From positions 32,008-96,007 of the forward strand of contig JAPHSS010000005.1 in the NCBI GenBank assembly GCA_026195255.1: DNA of 64,000 nucleotides. Reading direction: 5' to 3'. Positions within the stretch are counted from its first letter, which is position 1, and each line of letters opens with the position of its first letter. Origin of the DNA: Gammaproteobacteria bacterium. Lineage in GTDB: Bacteria; Pseudomonadota; Gammaproteobacteria; SZUA-229. Under the pieces are notes generated by a model. It ran no database searches. It had not been told where the DNA came from and saw only the letters and a program-made list of their open reading frames with translations. Of the stretch, positions 1-11,083 are shown one piece after another. The position numbers and the translations under genes are program-made.

Positions 1-2304
1 ACACTGGCGATTGCTAAACAGCCAGGCACAAATGCAGTTGAGATTACCGAACAGGTTATTGAACGCATCGACCAGTTAAAAGGCGTTTTTATTCCTCATG
101 ACATTGAGGTGTCAGTAACACGCGATTATGGAAAAACAGCAAATGAAAAATCACAAACCCTGATTGGTAAACTAATTTTTGCAACAACGTTTGTTGTATT
201 ACTGGTTATGATTGCCCTGGGGAGGCGTGAAGCTTTTATAGTCGGCATAGCCGTGATTATTACACTCGCTATAACCTTATTTGCATCCTGGGCATGGGGC
301 TTTACTTTAAATAGAGTATCGTTATTTGCTCTTATTTTCTCAATAGGCATATTAGTTGACGATGCAATTGTCGTTGTAGAAAATATAAGTCGACATATGC
401 AACTTGGTAATAAAACATTACGTGAGTCTATTCCTTTAGCCGTTGATGAAGTAGGTGGGCCTACTATATTAGCTACGTTTACTGTTATAGCCGCGCTTCT
501 ACCTATGGCATATGTTACTGGTTTAATGGGACCATATATGAGCCCTATACCCATAAATGCCAGTATGGGTATGTTAATTTCACTATTAGTGGCTTTAGTA
601 ATAACACCCTGGCTTTCTTATAAAGTATTAGCTAATCATGCACATGCTAACTCACATACAGAAAAGGCTGACAACTTCCAGAACAACCCGATTTATAATT
701 TTTTTAGAAAATATCTGACGCCGTTTTTAAACAAAACTAATGCCCCACGAAATAGAAAAATGTTACTCATCGGTGTAATAGCATTATTACTATTATCTGT
801 CTCGCTTGCCGCTGTTAAGCTGGTTGTTTTAAAAATGCTACCATTTGATAATAAATCTGAATTTCAGGTTATTGTTGATATGCCAGAAGGCACGCCTGTA
901 GAACAGACCGCAAGGGTTTTAAGTGAACTAAGTAAACATATAGCGACAATATCTGAAGTAACAGATTATCAGGTATACGCGGGTACAGCTGCTCCCATTA
1001 ACTTTAACGGACTTGTGAGACAGTATTATTTACGTCAACAGGCTCATGAAGGCGATATACTGGTGAATCTTCAGGACAAAAGTTTGCGTGATCGAAAAAG
1101 TCATGAGATTGCCAGTTCACTACGCACACCTTTACAAAAAATTGGTGCTCAGTTTAATGCGAATGTAAAAATTGTTGAGGTTCCTCCCGGGCCACCCGTT
1201 TTATCACCCTTGGTAGCAGAGATATACGGACTTGATTATTCCGGTCAACGAGCGGTAGCTAAACAAATTCGTGGTGTATTTGAGAGCACCAAAGACGTGG
1301 TTGATATAGATGACACGATTGAGGCCAGTGCTGAAAGATTTATTATAAAAATAGACCAGCAAAAAGCAGCATTATATGGCGTCAACCAACAGCAAATCGT
1401 TAAACTTATTTCAACCGCTATCAATGGAGAAGATGTCAGTTACTTACATACAGGCAATATGAAATACCCTCTTCCCATACGCTTTGAATTCTCAACATCA
1501 GATAAAGCACGTATTGATAGTTTGTTGTCACTTAGAATAAGAAGTAACAGTGGAAACCTCTTCCCTATTTCAGATGTAATTAATTTAGAGAGAAGTAAAC
1601 TTGAACACGCAATTTATCATAAAGACCTTTTGGCGCTAGTAATGGTTACAGGTGATATGTCAGGTGAACTGGATAGTCCGCTATACGGCATGTTCGATAT
1701 TATGAATAAATTAAAGAAGGTTGATAATCCTTTACAGCAATATCTAATTAACCAGCCCGAGAATCCTTATAAGTACAGTCTAAAATGGGATGGTGAATGG
1801 CAGATAACCTATGAAACATTCAGAGATATGGGAATAGCTTATTCGATTGGACTAATATTAATTTACTTTCTAGTTGTTGCTCAGTTCAGATCTTATCTGG
1901 TGCCTTTAATTATAATGGCGCCTATTCCTTTAACCATCATTGGAGTCATGCCTGGACACGCACTTTTGGGCTCTCAATTTACTGCAACATCAATGATAGG
2001 CATGATTGCTTTAGCAGGCATTATTGTTAGAAATTCTATTTTACTGGTGGATTTCATAAATCAACAGATCAGCGAAGGCATCGTTTTTGAAGAAGCCGTT
2101 ATACGTGCCGGCGCAGTACGAGCAAAACCTATAATTTTAACGGGCTTAGCGGCCATGTTAGGCGCATTTTTTATACTCGATGATCCCATATTTAGTGGTT
2201 TAGCTATTTCACTAATTTTTGGTATTCTAGTATCGACCATTTTAACGCTTATAATTATACCCGTCATGTATTACGCACTGATGCGTAAAAAGCTACAAGC
2301 ATAA
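1..2304 (+). CDS. RND-family efflux transporter permease (AcrB/CzcA-like). The 5' end is truncated by the window edge; the reading frame is open from base 1.
   Basis: Frame 1 is open from position 1. Multiple TM segments. RND hallmark GILVDDAIVVVENI and a C-terminal TM bundle ending ~2304. Confidence 0.85.
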   Translation, partial: TLAIAKQPGTNAVEITEQVIERIDQLKGVFIPHDIEVSVTRDYGKTANEKSQTLIGKLIFATTFVVLLVMIALGRREAFIVGIAVIITLAITLFASWAWGFTLNRVSLFALIFSIGILVDDAIVVVENISRHMQLGNKTLRESIPLAVDEVGGPTILATFTVIAALLPMAYVTGLMGPYMSPIPINASMGMLISLLVALVITPWLSYKVLANHAHANSHTEKADNFQNNPIYNFFRKYLTPFLNKTNAPRNRKMLLIGVIALLLLSVSLAAVKLVVLKMLPFDNKSEFQVIVDMPEGTPVEQTARVLSELSKHIATISEVTDYQVYAGTAAPINFNGLVRQYYLRQQAHEGDILVNLQDKSLRDRKSHEIASSLRTPLQKIGAQFNANVKIVEVPPGPPVLSPLVAEIYGLDYSGQRAVAKQIRGVFESTKDVVDIDDTIEASAERFIIKIDQQKAALYGVNQQQIVKLISTAINGEDVSYLHTGNMKYPLPIRFEFSTSDKARIDSLLSLRIRSNSGNLFPISDVINLERSKLEHAIYHKDLLALVMVTGDMSGELDSPLYGMFDIMNKLKKVDNPLQQYLINQPENPYKYSLKWDGEWQITYETFRDMGIAYSIGLILIYFLVVAQFRSYLVPLIIMAPIPLTIIGVMPGHALLGSQFTATSMIGMIALAGIIVRNSILLVDFINQQISEGIVFEEAVIRAGAVRAKPIILTGLAAMLGAFFILDDPIFSGLAISLIFGILVSTILTLIIIPVMYYALMRKKLQA

Positions 2305-2309
2305 AAGTT

Positions 2310-2345
2310 GCGTAATAATTAACATGATTTTGTTAATTATTACGC
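2310..2345. terminator. 14-bp perfect inverted repeat (GCGTAATAATTAAC / GTTAATTATTACGC) between convergent genes; probable bidirectional terminator hairpin
   Basis: Read directly: the stem arms are 2310-2323 and 2332-2345, with an 8-nt loop. It lies between the RND gene stop (2304) and the exonuclease stop (2367). Confidence 0.4.
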
Positions 2346-2366
2346 GCTAAACAGAATACATATAGA

Positions 2367-2996
2367 TTAATTATTGGACATACTGAGAAGAAAATCATTA
2401 GTGGCTTTTTTTGGTGTTCGTGAAAGCTTTTTCATAATATCAAAAGAAATACATTCAAATGGGTACTCAAGCTTTATATCCTCAATAATTTCCAGCCATA
2501 AATACGCTGTCATTTCAGCATCAGCCAAAGCTCTATGAAAAGTGCCATCATTTGGAAGATTCTTATATTCAACAAGGGTACCCAGCTTATGATTTGGTGC
2601 ATCCGGGTATATACGTCGGGATATCAACATGGAACAGGCAAAAGGGCCAAACTGATTACGTTTTATACGGCTTAGTTCCGCATCGAGAAAACGAGAATCA
2701 AATGACGCATTATGTGCAACCAGATTATAACCATCAATAAATTCTGAAAACTCATGCATCACCTCTGCACAGGGCGCTGACTTACTTAACATTTTATTCG
2801 TAATACCCGTATATTGTTCTATAAAAGCATCAATTCTTCGATGAGGGTTCATTAACTTTTGAAAACGTTCTACTAAAACGCCATTAACTATCTTTACGGC
2901 ACCTATTTCAATAGCTCTGTCACCACAGTCGGGCGACAGGCCTGTAGTTTCAAAATCAAGAACAATTACGGTATCTGAGTTTATATCTAAAAGCAT
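2367..2996 (-). CDS. DEDDh-family 3'-5' exonuclease (DnaQ/ExoX-like, stand-alone)
   Basis: Exo I motif DFETTG, Exo II motif HNASFD, Exo III motif HRALADA. The 209-aa size matches ExoX-type proteins. Confidence 0.8.
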   Translation of the reverse strand: MLLDINSDTVIVLDFETTGLSPDCGDRAIEIGAVKIVNGVLVERFQKLMNPHRRIDAFIEQYTGITNKMLSKSAPCAEVMHEFSEFIDGYNLVAHNASFDSRFLDAELSRIKRNQFGPFACSMLISRRIYPDAPNHKLGTLVEYKNLPNDGTFHRALADAEMTAYLWLEIIEDIKLEYPFECISFDIMKKLSRTPKKATNDFLLSMSNN

Positions 2997-3038
2997 ATTT
3001 ATAAGGGTACTATTTTAAAACAATCATATAGCTATCTT

Positions 3039-3434
3039 CTATTTTAGAACTACCGGCATTTCTTTTTTATCGAGTAAACTTAATACACCGCGGATTATTC
3101 TATACATTACCCATACTCCAGTAATCACTACCATCAGATAGGCAACAGGAATTCCAAAAAAAGTAAGCGCAATTAAAATTGAAATTATCAACCAGAATAA
3201 AGCATACCAGAAAGTACTTATCACCCAATCAAAGTGTGATTGTAAATAAGTACCTGTAACGTCACTACGTTTAACATAACTTAAAATCACAGCAATAATT
3301 GACGGCCATCCAGATAAGAAAGCCGTTAATATAAACGCCGATGATAAAACACCATTAAAGGCACTAAAAAAATGCAGGCCATATATTATGTAAGTTAATG
3401 AAACCAGATCAGATGACGGTTCATTTCTATACAT
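3039..3434 (-). CDS. Small integral membrane protein (3-4 predicted TM helices; DUF4870-like)
   Basis: Hydrophobic stretches throughout the 131-aa product. No catalytic motifs. Confidence 0.45.
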   Translation of the reverse strand: MYRNEPSSDLVSLTYIIYGLHFFSAFNGVLSSAFILTAFLSGWPSIIAVILSYVKRSDVTGTYLQSHFDWVISTFWYALFWLIISILIALTFFGIPVAYLMVVITGVWVMYRIIRGVLSLLDKKEMPVVLK

Positions 3435-3572
3435 AAAATTTAACTCTTCCAGCTCTTTAAATTGTTTATAGTTTTTATCGCTGATAACTCACCTGTTCAT
3501 ATAATTCACAAATTGGATTTTAATAAATGAAACAATATCACTTTGTTTTATGCATAGTATATTGGTAATAAA

Positions 3573-4430
3573 TTATGCCGATTTCTTATGCGTAAACAAT
3601 AAATTCATCACCATAGATGCCTGTGCATCTACTTCTGTTTTAATAGCGGGCATATCTTCAGCCAGCAAACCTGTAATCTGCCAACAGACAGGATGTACTG
3701 ATAATGTTTCAGCTGTGACGGGTGTTTCTGATATGGCATCATGAGTAATTGCTGAAGCAATATGTATTAGCGCTGTTTCAAGCCTAAAATCAGTTGCTCT
3801 TATGGGTTCAACATGAAATTCAGTGATATTTTGCAAGCTTTTTGGTAAATGCCACTCCGCCATCAAAGCAGAACCAACCTGAGCATAATCAAAACCAAAA
3901 ACTTCACGTTCTGCAATATACAAATCTACATTTCTTTGATTAGCGATTTTAAGTGCTAGCTGTGATTCATCAGGCATTTTTTGTTGGGTAACTAAATGCC
4001 CTATATTATGTAATAACCCGGCAATAAAAGGCCTTTCTGTATCTATATTGTTACAATGATAAGCCAATAAACGCGCTGTTACAGCACAATATACACCATT
4101 AAACCAGAAGTCATATATATTAAAAGTATCGTTAGTAAATCCAGAAAAACTATCAACTACAACTGTTGCTAAAACTAGATCGTGTACCTGCTGAGTACCC
4201 AATAAGTTTATCGCGTGAGTCATTGTATCTACTTTTGAAGCTAGACCAAAAAAAGGACTATTCACTAATTTTAACAGGCGAGCTGTGATAGCCGGGTCAT
4301 GAATAATGATTTGCGCTACATCTGACATAGAGGCATTAGGGTCACTAATAACATTTCTCAGGCGGATATAAACATCTGGTAGAGAAATTAGTTCTATAGA
4401 TTCTTTAACAAGACTTTGTGCTGTATGCAT
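3573..4430 (-). CDS. HDOD-domain signalling protein
   Basis: HD-related output domain signature, including conserved His residues in ...GLLHNIGHLV.... The length is typical of stand-alone HDOD proteins. Confidence 0.7.
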   Translation of the reverse strand: MHTAQSLVKESIELISLPDVYIRLRNVISDPNASMSDVAQIIIHDPAITARLLKLVNSPFFGLASKVDTMTHAINLLGTQQVHDLVLATVVVDSFSGFTNDTFNIYDFWFNGVYCAVTARLLAYHCNNIDTERPFIAGLLHNIGHLVTQQKMPDESQLALKIANQRNVDLYIAEREVFGFDYAQVGSALMAEWHLPKSLQNITEFHVEPIRATDFRLETALIHIASAITHDAISETPVTAETLSVHPVCWQITGLLAEDMPAIKTEVDAQASMVMNLLFTHKKSA

Positions 4431-4509
4431 AAAAAATATCTTTATTGGTTCTATTTAAAAGAGAGAATTTATTAACATTAACTTACTACAAATAGGTAAA
4501 AGAATACAG

Positions 4510-5358
4510 TTACTCGCCTTCCCAGCCAGATGAAATAGTAAAACCTGCCGCTTTTTCATGCCCTCCACCCCCATAAAGTAGTGCTACTTTACTGACGTCA
4601 ACACCATCGGCACTAGAACGTAAACTAAAAGATCTACCATCTGCATGATCCCAGTAACACGCAGCAAAAGGCTCGTCCTTTGACATTATGTTACCTGCAT
4701 CAGATATATACGCAGAAGAAACGTTAAGCACAGGAACATTATAACCTCCAATAACCATTCGCCTAACACCCGTAGAGATTAATTCTAAAATATCTTTTTG
4801 TAATTTCCGCTCAATAGCAACACCATCAGCTTTAAGACTCAGTAATTCTGTTGAGTTATAACTCATAAACTTGTCCCATACATCAAAGTCATATGGATAT
4901 GATGCAAGGCCAGTTGTTATCTCTCTTGTATCGGTTAGTTGAAATCGCCAAAGATCTCGGTCCTGTATATGTTTTATTAATTTTGGCACTTCTTCATCAG
5001 GGTAAAACCATTCCCAGGTAATCATGGCACCTGATCTGTTTATATCAAGCACACCTTCAACTAGACCATCATCTAATAAAAACTGAAGATCATTCCTGGC
5101 AGAAATATGGTGATCTAATATTGTAATACTGGATGCAGTTTTAAGCATTTTCTGCAAAATTTCCTTTTTATAAGAAAAATCAACTAACAACACATCCATG
5201 CCCGCTACATCAGGCGGCTGTTTCTGGTGTATTCCCTTAAAAAAAACTACCTTGTCACCTAATACTTTACGAACCACCCAGGCTGATGCAAATCCATCAG
5301 GACAATTAGCATGGTATATGCACAGTAAATTTCTGAAGTTAGTATTAAGCCTGGACAT
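4510..5358 (-). CDS. DHH/DHHA1-family phosphoesterase (NrnA/PggH-like nano-RNase or phosphodiesterase)
   Basis: N-terminal DHH-type motif (LDHH). C-terminal DHHA1 GGGH motif (GGGGHEKAAGF). Confidence 0.75.
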   Translation of the reverse strand: MSRLNTNFRNLLCIYHANCPDGFASAWVVRKVLGDKVVFFKGIHQKQPPDVAGMDVLLVDFSYKKEILQKMLKTASSITILDHHISARNDLQFLLDDGLVEGVLDINRSGAMITWEWFYPDEEVPKLIKHIQDRDLWRFQLTDTREITTGLASYPYDFDVWDKFMSYNSTELLSLKADGVAIERKLQKDILELISTGVRRMVIGGYNVPVLNVSSAYISDAGNIMSKDEPFAACYWDHADGRSFSLRSSADGVDVSKVALLYGGGGHEKAAGFTISSGWEGE

Positions 5359-5617
5359 TAAGTTACCTGAATAAATAGTATGTTAGTTTTACCAATACTA
5401 ATATTGATTCTGTAAAGATCAAGCAAACATGGTATGAAATAATGAATAAGTCATTTCAGTTATGAAATATCCATGATTAATGTGTTATGTCATATAATTC
5501 AATGAATTAGATCTAAATTAACAGCACCAGAAAATGCGTTTTATCGAATACTAAGCTAGAATCAATCCTTAAATGAGAGTTTTTTATTATCTACACAATC
5601 GCTGTTAGGGAGTAACA

Positions 5618-6457
5618 ATGCTAATAAGATCAATAAGTTATGCTTTTATTCTTTTAATATCTACAACTGCTACAGCACAGCCAGTCCAATTGAAAAACAA
5701 TAATCTAATGATGAATGCAGAATATTTAGAGGGCTCTAACAATCAAAACCCGGTAATTATATTACATGGTCTTCTTCAAACGCATCAATTTACAACTGTT
5801 AATCGACTCGCAACAGCGCTTAATGAAGCAGGTTACACCGTTTTAAGCCCAACTCTTTCACTCGGCATTAATAATAGAAAGACAAGTCTTAGCTGTGAAG
5901 CTGTACACACACATTCGATGGATTCAGATTCTGATGAATTGAAGTTATGGATCAACTGGTTAAAAGCAAAGTCAGGTAAAGATATTAATCTAATTGGGCA
6001 CAGTGCTGGTGGAACAACGGTTCTCAATTATCTTGAAAGCTATAATACCAACTTAATTAATAAAGTTATTTTAATAAGCCTTTCCTATTACGCAACAGGA
6101 CCGACGGCTAATGAGACCAGTCAACATGAAGAAATGGCTAAACAACATATTCAAGAAAACTCTAAAAAAATACATACTTATGCATTAAATTATTGCCGAA
6201 GTTACCCTTCATACGCAAAAAACTTTTTATCTTATTATCAATGGAATACTGAAAAAGTTACTCAAGCTGTTGACTCATTTAGAGACAAAATTACAATTAT
6301 TATAGGCACCGGAGACAAACGAGTAGACAGCAACTGGCGAAAACACCTAAAAAATAAATTCGACAATGTAATCTCTATAGAGGGAGCTAATCACTTTTTT
6401 GACCAGTCTCATGAGTTTGAGCTTACAGATGTTATTGAAGGCTTACTGGAACAATAA
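5618..6457 (+). CDS. Secreted alpha/beta-fold serine hydrolase (lipase/esterase-like)
   Basis: N-terminal signal peptide. Nucleophile elbow GHSAGG. Confidence 0.65.
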   Translation: MLIRSISYAFILLISTTATAQPVQLKNNNLMMNAEYLEGSNNQNPVIILHGLLQTHQFTTVNRLATALNEAGYTVLSPTLSLGINNRKTSLSCEAVHTHSMDSDSDELKLWINWLKAKSGKDINLIGHSAGGTTVLNYLESYNTNLINKVILISLSYYATGPTANETSQHEEMAKQHIQENSKKIHTYALNYCRSYPSYAKNFLSYYQWNTEKVTQAVDSFRDKITIIIGTGDKRVDSNWRKHLKNKFDNVISIEGANHFFDQSHEFELTDVIEGLLEQ

Positions 6458-6458
6458 C

Positions 6459-8861
6459 ATGTTATTAAGCATCAAGCAGTACATTATTCTATTTGTCATT
6501 ATAACCGCAATATTGACATCGATATTTGTATATAAAATTGAGACCAGTTTTTCGAAAAACAAGGAGATAATATTAGAATCTAAAACAAAATCCGCTAATG
6601 ATGAATTACAGCAGGCAATCAACTTAACATTAAAATCAGTTAAAAACTCAAGCAGCGAGTTAAGTAACTGGCAGGAAGTTAAGCAGCAAATTAACAATCC
6701 GGAAGTCTTCGACTATTGGTACAGTGTTAGATTTAAAAACTATTCATTTGATTTAAAAAAATACACTAGAGACTTTATTATATACAATAAAAATGGCACA
6801 GCACTTAGAAAAATAAACAACAATCTACCACAACAGATAACAACCGATAATTTAGTAGATTACACTTTTAAGGTTGCAAATAAAAATGAAATAATAAGCA
6901 TAGAGCCTGTTTACGAAAACTCTACAATAATAGGATATATCAGTATTCGTGTTGATTTGATATCCATATTGGTTAAAACGATTCATTTTCAATACATTTC
7001 ACCAGAAACACTCTCCATTAACAGCAAAAATGAAAATTTAATAAGCACATTAGATAATTCTGATTTTTTTTATAAATTACATGAATCGAAAAACCTGGAG
7101 ATTTTAGAAAAACAGATTAGCGATACGTTGATTGAGCTAGTTATATTTATACTATTTCCAATAATCATTTTATTTATTATTATAATATTTCTTATCGTTC
7201 GACCGATTGAAGAAGTAGCGCTCTATATTGATAAACTTAGAGAATCAGCAAACTATAACAATAAAAAACAGCCATCTCAGACAAGAGTTAAAGAAATTGA
7301 AAAAATATATAAGTCACTAAAAGATTATCACAGGGATTTATCAGAAAACGAAGAATACCTTTCATTAACCTTAAACAGCATTGGTGATGCTGTGATCACA
7401 ACAGATGACATGTACAGAATAGTCCACATGAACCCGGTTGCAGCATCCCTCACTGGATGGTCGTTTAATGAAGCAAAAAACAAAAACATTAATGAAATAT
7501 TAGAGTTTGTAAGCGTCAACACAAGAGAACCTATCATAAATATTTTTGCTGAAGTTATCGAACATAGAAAGGTTATTCATATAGATAACGACACATTACT
7601 TATATCAAAAGACAAGGACGAGTATCATATCTCTGATTCAGCCGCGCCCATTCTAGATGGAGAAGGCAACATCCGCGGTCTGGTTATTGTATTTAATGAC
7701 ATCACTGAACAAAAAACAAAAGAAGAGCAATTACAACAAAGCCAGAAAATGGACGCTCTTGGAAACCTAACAGGCGGTATAGCTCACGACTACAACAATA
7801 TGTTAGGAATCATTCTCGGTTACGCTGACTTACTAAACGATTCAACAAAAACAGACTTGAGATCTCACAAGTATGTAAAAGAAATTATTAAAGCCGGTGA
7901 GCGATCCAGAAAACTGACGTCTAAATTATTAACATTTTCACGAAAAGGATCACATGAATCATCAGTCACAGATATAAATGAATTAATTATGTCTGAAAAA
8001 GACATGCTTGAAAAACTTCTAACAGTAAGAATCAATTTAACACTCGAACTTGAAAAAGACCTCTGGCCAGTATACCTGGACAACAACCAGTTACAGGATA
8101 GCATTCTAAACATATGCATTAATGCAATGCATGCCATGCCAAATGGCGGCAAGTTAACCATAAAAACACACAATATACACTTTGACTCAATTGAATCGAC
8201 TCAACTGAAACTTAATCGGGGTGACTATGTTCAATTATCAATTGCCGATACCGGGACAGGCATGAGTAATGAAATTTGTCGAAAAATATTTGAACCATTT
8301 TTCAGTACGAAAGGAGATAAAGGTACAGGGCTTGGTCTGAGTCAGGTTTATGGCTATATTAATCAGTCAGGTGGTGCAGTACACGTTTATTCCGAACCAG
8401 ATGTAGGCACTAAAATTTCACTTTATATACCCCGTCATATTCAAAATGATGCAGCACATCTGGATATAGAAGCAGAACCGTCAATTAAAAAACTTCAGGG
8501 CAACGAAACGATACTTGTTGTTGATGACGAATTATCCCTTCTTGAACTAACATGTCAGATTCTCTCATCTTATGGATATAATACAATGCAGGCCAATACT
8601 GCTAAAAAAGCCTTAAAAATTCTAGAAGACAAGCAGATTGACTTACTTATTACAGATATTATTATGCCAGAAATGGATGGTTATGAATTATCGAAACTTG
8701 CATTAGAAAAACACCCTGATCTTAAAATTCAATTAATTAGTGGTTTCAATATTGAACCTGACGAAAGTATAATAAACACTAATTTATACAAACAACAACT
8801 TAGCAAACCCTATAGCAAGCACGAATTACTTAGTAAAATACGGAATTTATTAGATCACTGA
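6459..8861 (+). CDS. Hybrid sensor histidine kinase (periplasmic sensor-TM-PAS-HisKA-HATPase-REC)
   Basis: H-box HDYNNMLGIILGY. G-box GTGLGLS. C-terminal receiver domain (VVDDE...DLLITDIIMPEMDG). The most plausible start is the ATG at 6459, directly after the upstream stop; the track ORF started at 6399 inside the preceding gene. Confidence 0.85.
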   Translation: MLLSIKQYIILFVIITAILTSIFVYKIETSFSKNKEIILESKTKSANDELQQAINLTLKSVKNSSSELSNWQEVKQQINNPEVFDYWYSVRFKNYSFDLKKYTRDFIIYNKNGTALRKINNNLPQQITTDNLVDYTFKVANKNEIISIEPVYENSTIIGYISIRVDLISILVKTIHFQYISPETLSINSKNENLISTLDNSDFFYKLHESKNLEILEKQISDTLIELVIFILFPIIILFIIIIFLIVRPIEEVALYIDKLRESANYNNKKQPSQTRVKEIEKIYKSLKDYHRDLSENEEYLSLTLNSIGDAVITTDDMYRIVHMNPVAASLTGWSFNEAKNKNINEILEFVSVNTREPIINIFAEVIEHRKVIHIDNDTLLISKDKDEYHISDSAAPILDGEGNIRGLVIVFNDITEQKTKEEQLQQSQKMDALGNLTGGIAHDYNNMLGIILGYADLLNDSTKTDLRSHKYVKEIIKAGERSRKLTSKLLTFSRKGSHESSVTDINELIMSEKDMLEKLLTVRINLTLELEKDLWPVYLDNNQLQDSILNICINAMHAMPNGGKLTIKTHNIHFDSIESTQLKLNRGDYVQLSIADTGTGMSNEICRKIFEPFFSTKGDKGTGLGLSQVYGYINQSGGAVHVYSEPDVGTKISLYIPRHIQNDAAHLDIEAEPSIKKLQGNETILVVDDELSLLELTCQILSSYGYNTMQANTAKKALKILEDKQIDLLITDIIMPEMDGYELSKLALEKHPDLKIQLISGFNIEPDESIINTNLYKQQLSKPYSKHELLSKIRNLLDH

Positions 8862-8991
8862 GATTTAAATACATTACTGATATTAATACTTAGCTGACTG
8901 CTCTATAACTCCCAGCCTATTTTATGAGCAACATATCACAACTTAAATTGAATAGTTATTGCATAACAATATATGTTAGATTTAGAAAAAC

Positions 8992-9498
8992 ATGCCAATT
9001 CATAAATATATAAGAAATTATTCACCCGAACTTATTGATAAGGTGAGTATATTAGTAAAAAATAATCAGCTAAGAAGTTATCTATTAGACAAATACCCTC
9101 AAGCTCATAACATATATAATGATAACGAATTACGTGAATACGTTACATCTTTAAAAAATAAACACATGAAAAAATCACAACCACTACAAAAAGTAATCTA
9201 TGACAACAAGATACACGTTGTAAATAATGCACTTGGTCTGCATAATTATATTTCACGCGTACAGGGAAATAAGCTTAAGTCAATTAATGAAATAAGAATA
9301 AGTAGTATTTTTAAAAAAACACCCGAAGATTTTTTAAAGATGATTGCTGTTCATGAATTAGCTCATCTAAAAGAAAGGCAGCATAACAGGGCATTTTATA
9401 GATTATGCCAGCACATGCTTGAAAACTATCACCAACTGGAATTCGATACGCGTTTGTATCTCATACAAACAGAAACAGGAGACGCCTTATATGAATAA
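8992..9498 (+). CDS. YgjP/DUF45-family HEXXH metal-dependent hydrolase
   Basis: HELAHLKE (HEXXH) motif near the C-terminus. Size ~168 aa. Confidence 0.65.
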   Translation: MPIHKYIRNYSPELIDKVSILVKNNQLRSYLLDKYPQAHNIYNDNELREYVTSLKNKHMKKSQPLQKVIYDNKIHVVNNALGLHNYISRVQGNKLKSINEIRISSIFKKTPEDFLKMIAVHELAHLKERQHNRAFYRLCQHMLENYHQLEFDTRLYLIQTETGDALYE

Positions 9499-9539
9499 TA
9501 TTAAAAGCAGTTTACATTCAAACACAAAGTTATTAGAGA

Positions 9540-9761
9540 ATGCATAAGCCAACATCTCAAGACCCACTACACGGTATAACTTTAAAAACAATAGTTACTC
9601 GACTGGTTGAAAAATACGGCTGGCCGGAGTTAGGCAATCGTATCAAAATCAAATGTTTTATAAACCAGCCTAGCATCACATCAAGCCTGAAGTTTCTACG
9701 TAAAACCGCCTGGGCAAGAGCTGAAGTTGAATCGTTATACCTGCAAAGTAAATGGGATTAA
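9540..9761 (+). CDS. VF530-like small helical protein (DUF2132)
   Basis: Conserved ...HGITL...YGW.ELG..I.I.CF...[19 protein letters not shown] pattern. Confidence 0.5.
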   Translation: MHKPTSQDPLHGITLKTIVTRLVEKYGWPELGNRIKIKCFINQPSITSSLKFLRKTAWARAEVESLYLQSKWD

Positions 9762-9936
9762 TCGTTACTTAAGTCAGTCAAAAGTTAGATTATGGTGTAT
9801 TTAAGCCGAAATGTTTTTTAAATAAATTAAAAATTTAAATACCAATATGTGACTGCTTACTATTTAGATAACCCTGTATATAATCCATAAATCAGTCAAT
9901 AAAAATCATCTAATATTTTATTTTTAAAGCAACCTT

Positions 9937-10665
9937 TTATGAAACCTTAGTTAATGACTGTTTACTACTAGAAGCACATTCATTTTTAATTGTATTTAAA
10001 ATACTCGTGTTTTTTGCATTAATTTCAATCCAGTTAAAAATAGATTGCCAATGATTTCGATCAACTTCTGTTGCCTGGTGTTTTAACTCATGCACACCCA
10101 GCCCCAGCTTAGTAAAGCGATTATAATTTTGCGTGTCTCGTAACTGAGCCAAGACAGGAATATTGAGTTTATTTAAAAAACACTCTAAATCTTTAAAAGC
10201 ATTTGTATTTTTACGAACTTTATTTGTAATAATGGCAATTCGTGCTTTACCCTTCTGTACTTTTAAATTAACGATTAATTCTCGAAGAAAGTCAGCGGTT
10301 GCACAGATGTCCAGCCATGCAGGTAACACAGGTATAAGTATGTAGTCAGCTCCTTTTAATTGTTCAGCGAGATCTGGACCTTTTAATCCAGGAGGTGTAT
10401 CTATAACCATTCGCGTTATATCTACCGGAGTTCGCATATGCCAACTGCGTGTAACACCTTTGGCTGCAGTTCTATGGGCTGTGACGCCATGAATATTGGC
10501 AACAGATGAGGGTCGAGCATCTAACCAGCGCATACTAGAGCCCTGTTCATCGTAATCATACAGAGCTGTTTGAAAGCCCTTACTTGCATAAAAACTAGCT
10601 AAATTGGTTGAAATAGTGCTTTTACCACAACCTCCCTTTGTATTAATTACCACAATGCGGATCAT
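9937..10665 (-). CDS. ParA/MinD-family P-loop ATPase (orphan; no parB partner in window)
   Basis: Deviant Walker A motif NTKGGCGKST. The start is set at the internal Met (MIRIVV...), preceded by a purine-rich stretch. Confidence 0.75.
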   Translation of the reverse strand: MIRIVVINTKGGCGKSTISTNLASFYASKGFQTALYDYDEQGSSMRWLDARPSSVANIHGVTAHRTAAKGVTRSWHMRTPVDITRMVIDTPPGLKGPDLAEQLKGADYILIPVLPAWLDICATADFLRELIVNLKVQKGKARIAIITNKVRKNTNAFKDLECFLNKLNIPVLAQLRDTQNYNRFTKLGLGVHELKHQATEVDRNHWQSIFNWIEINAKNTSILNTIKNECASSSKQSLTKVS

Positions 10666-11083
10666 AAACCCTGCCTGTTGGCAGTAAGATGCCACCCGAG
10701 AGAAACCAGTTTTTTTATCATTTATATTTAATCACCTTAAATAGCCCCAAAAACACATATTCTGGTAACCTTTCATAGATACTAATTAAATTTTCGTGTA
10801 TTAGCAAATACCCCGTCATATAAGGCTATTGGGAGACTGCATTTACATAAAGATGTATTAAAAGTCACACCATGCTTGATCTTATCTTAATAATATTCTA
10901 ATATACCGATAGTCGATTAGGGACGCCCCCTTAATTACTAACTATATCTAGCACAGACCTACCCGTCTAATGCTTATCAAAATGATTAAAGTCTACAGCT
11001 CATGCTGTTATGAACGCTTTTTTATTTCCTGTCAGGTTATTAATAGAAAGCGAGATTTTTTAACTCCCTTATAGGAATGAATC

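Noticed and set aside
126-554. Antisense 142-aa ORF inside the RND transporter gene
   Set aside because: It lies entirely within a well-supported CDS on the opposite strand and has no motifs.
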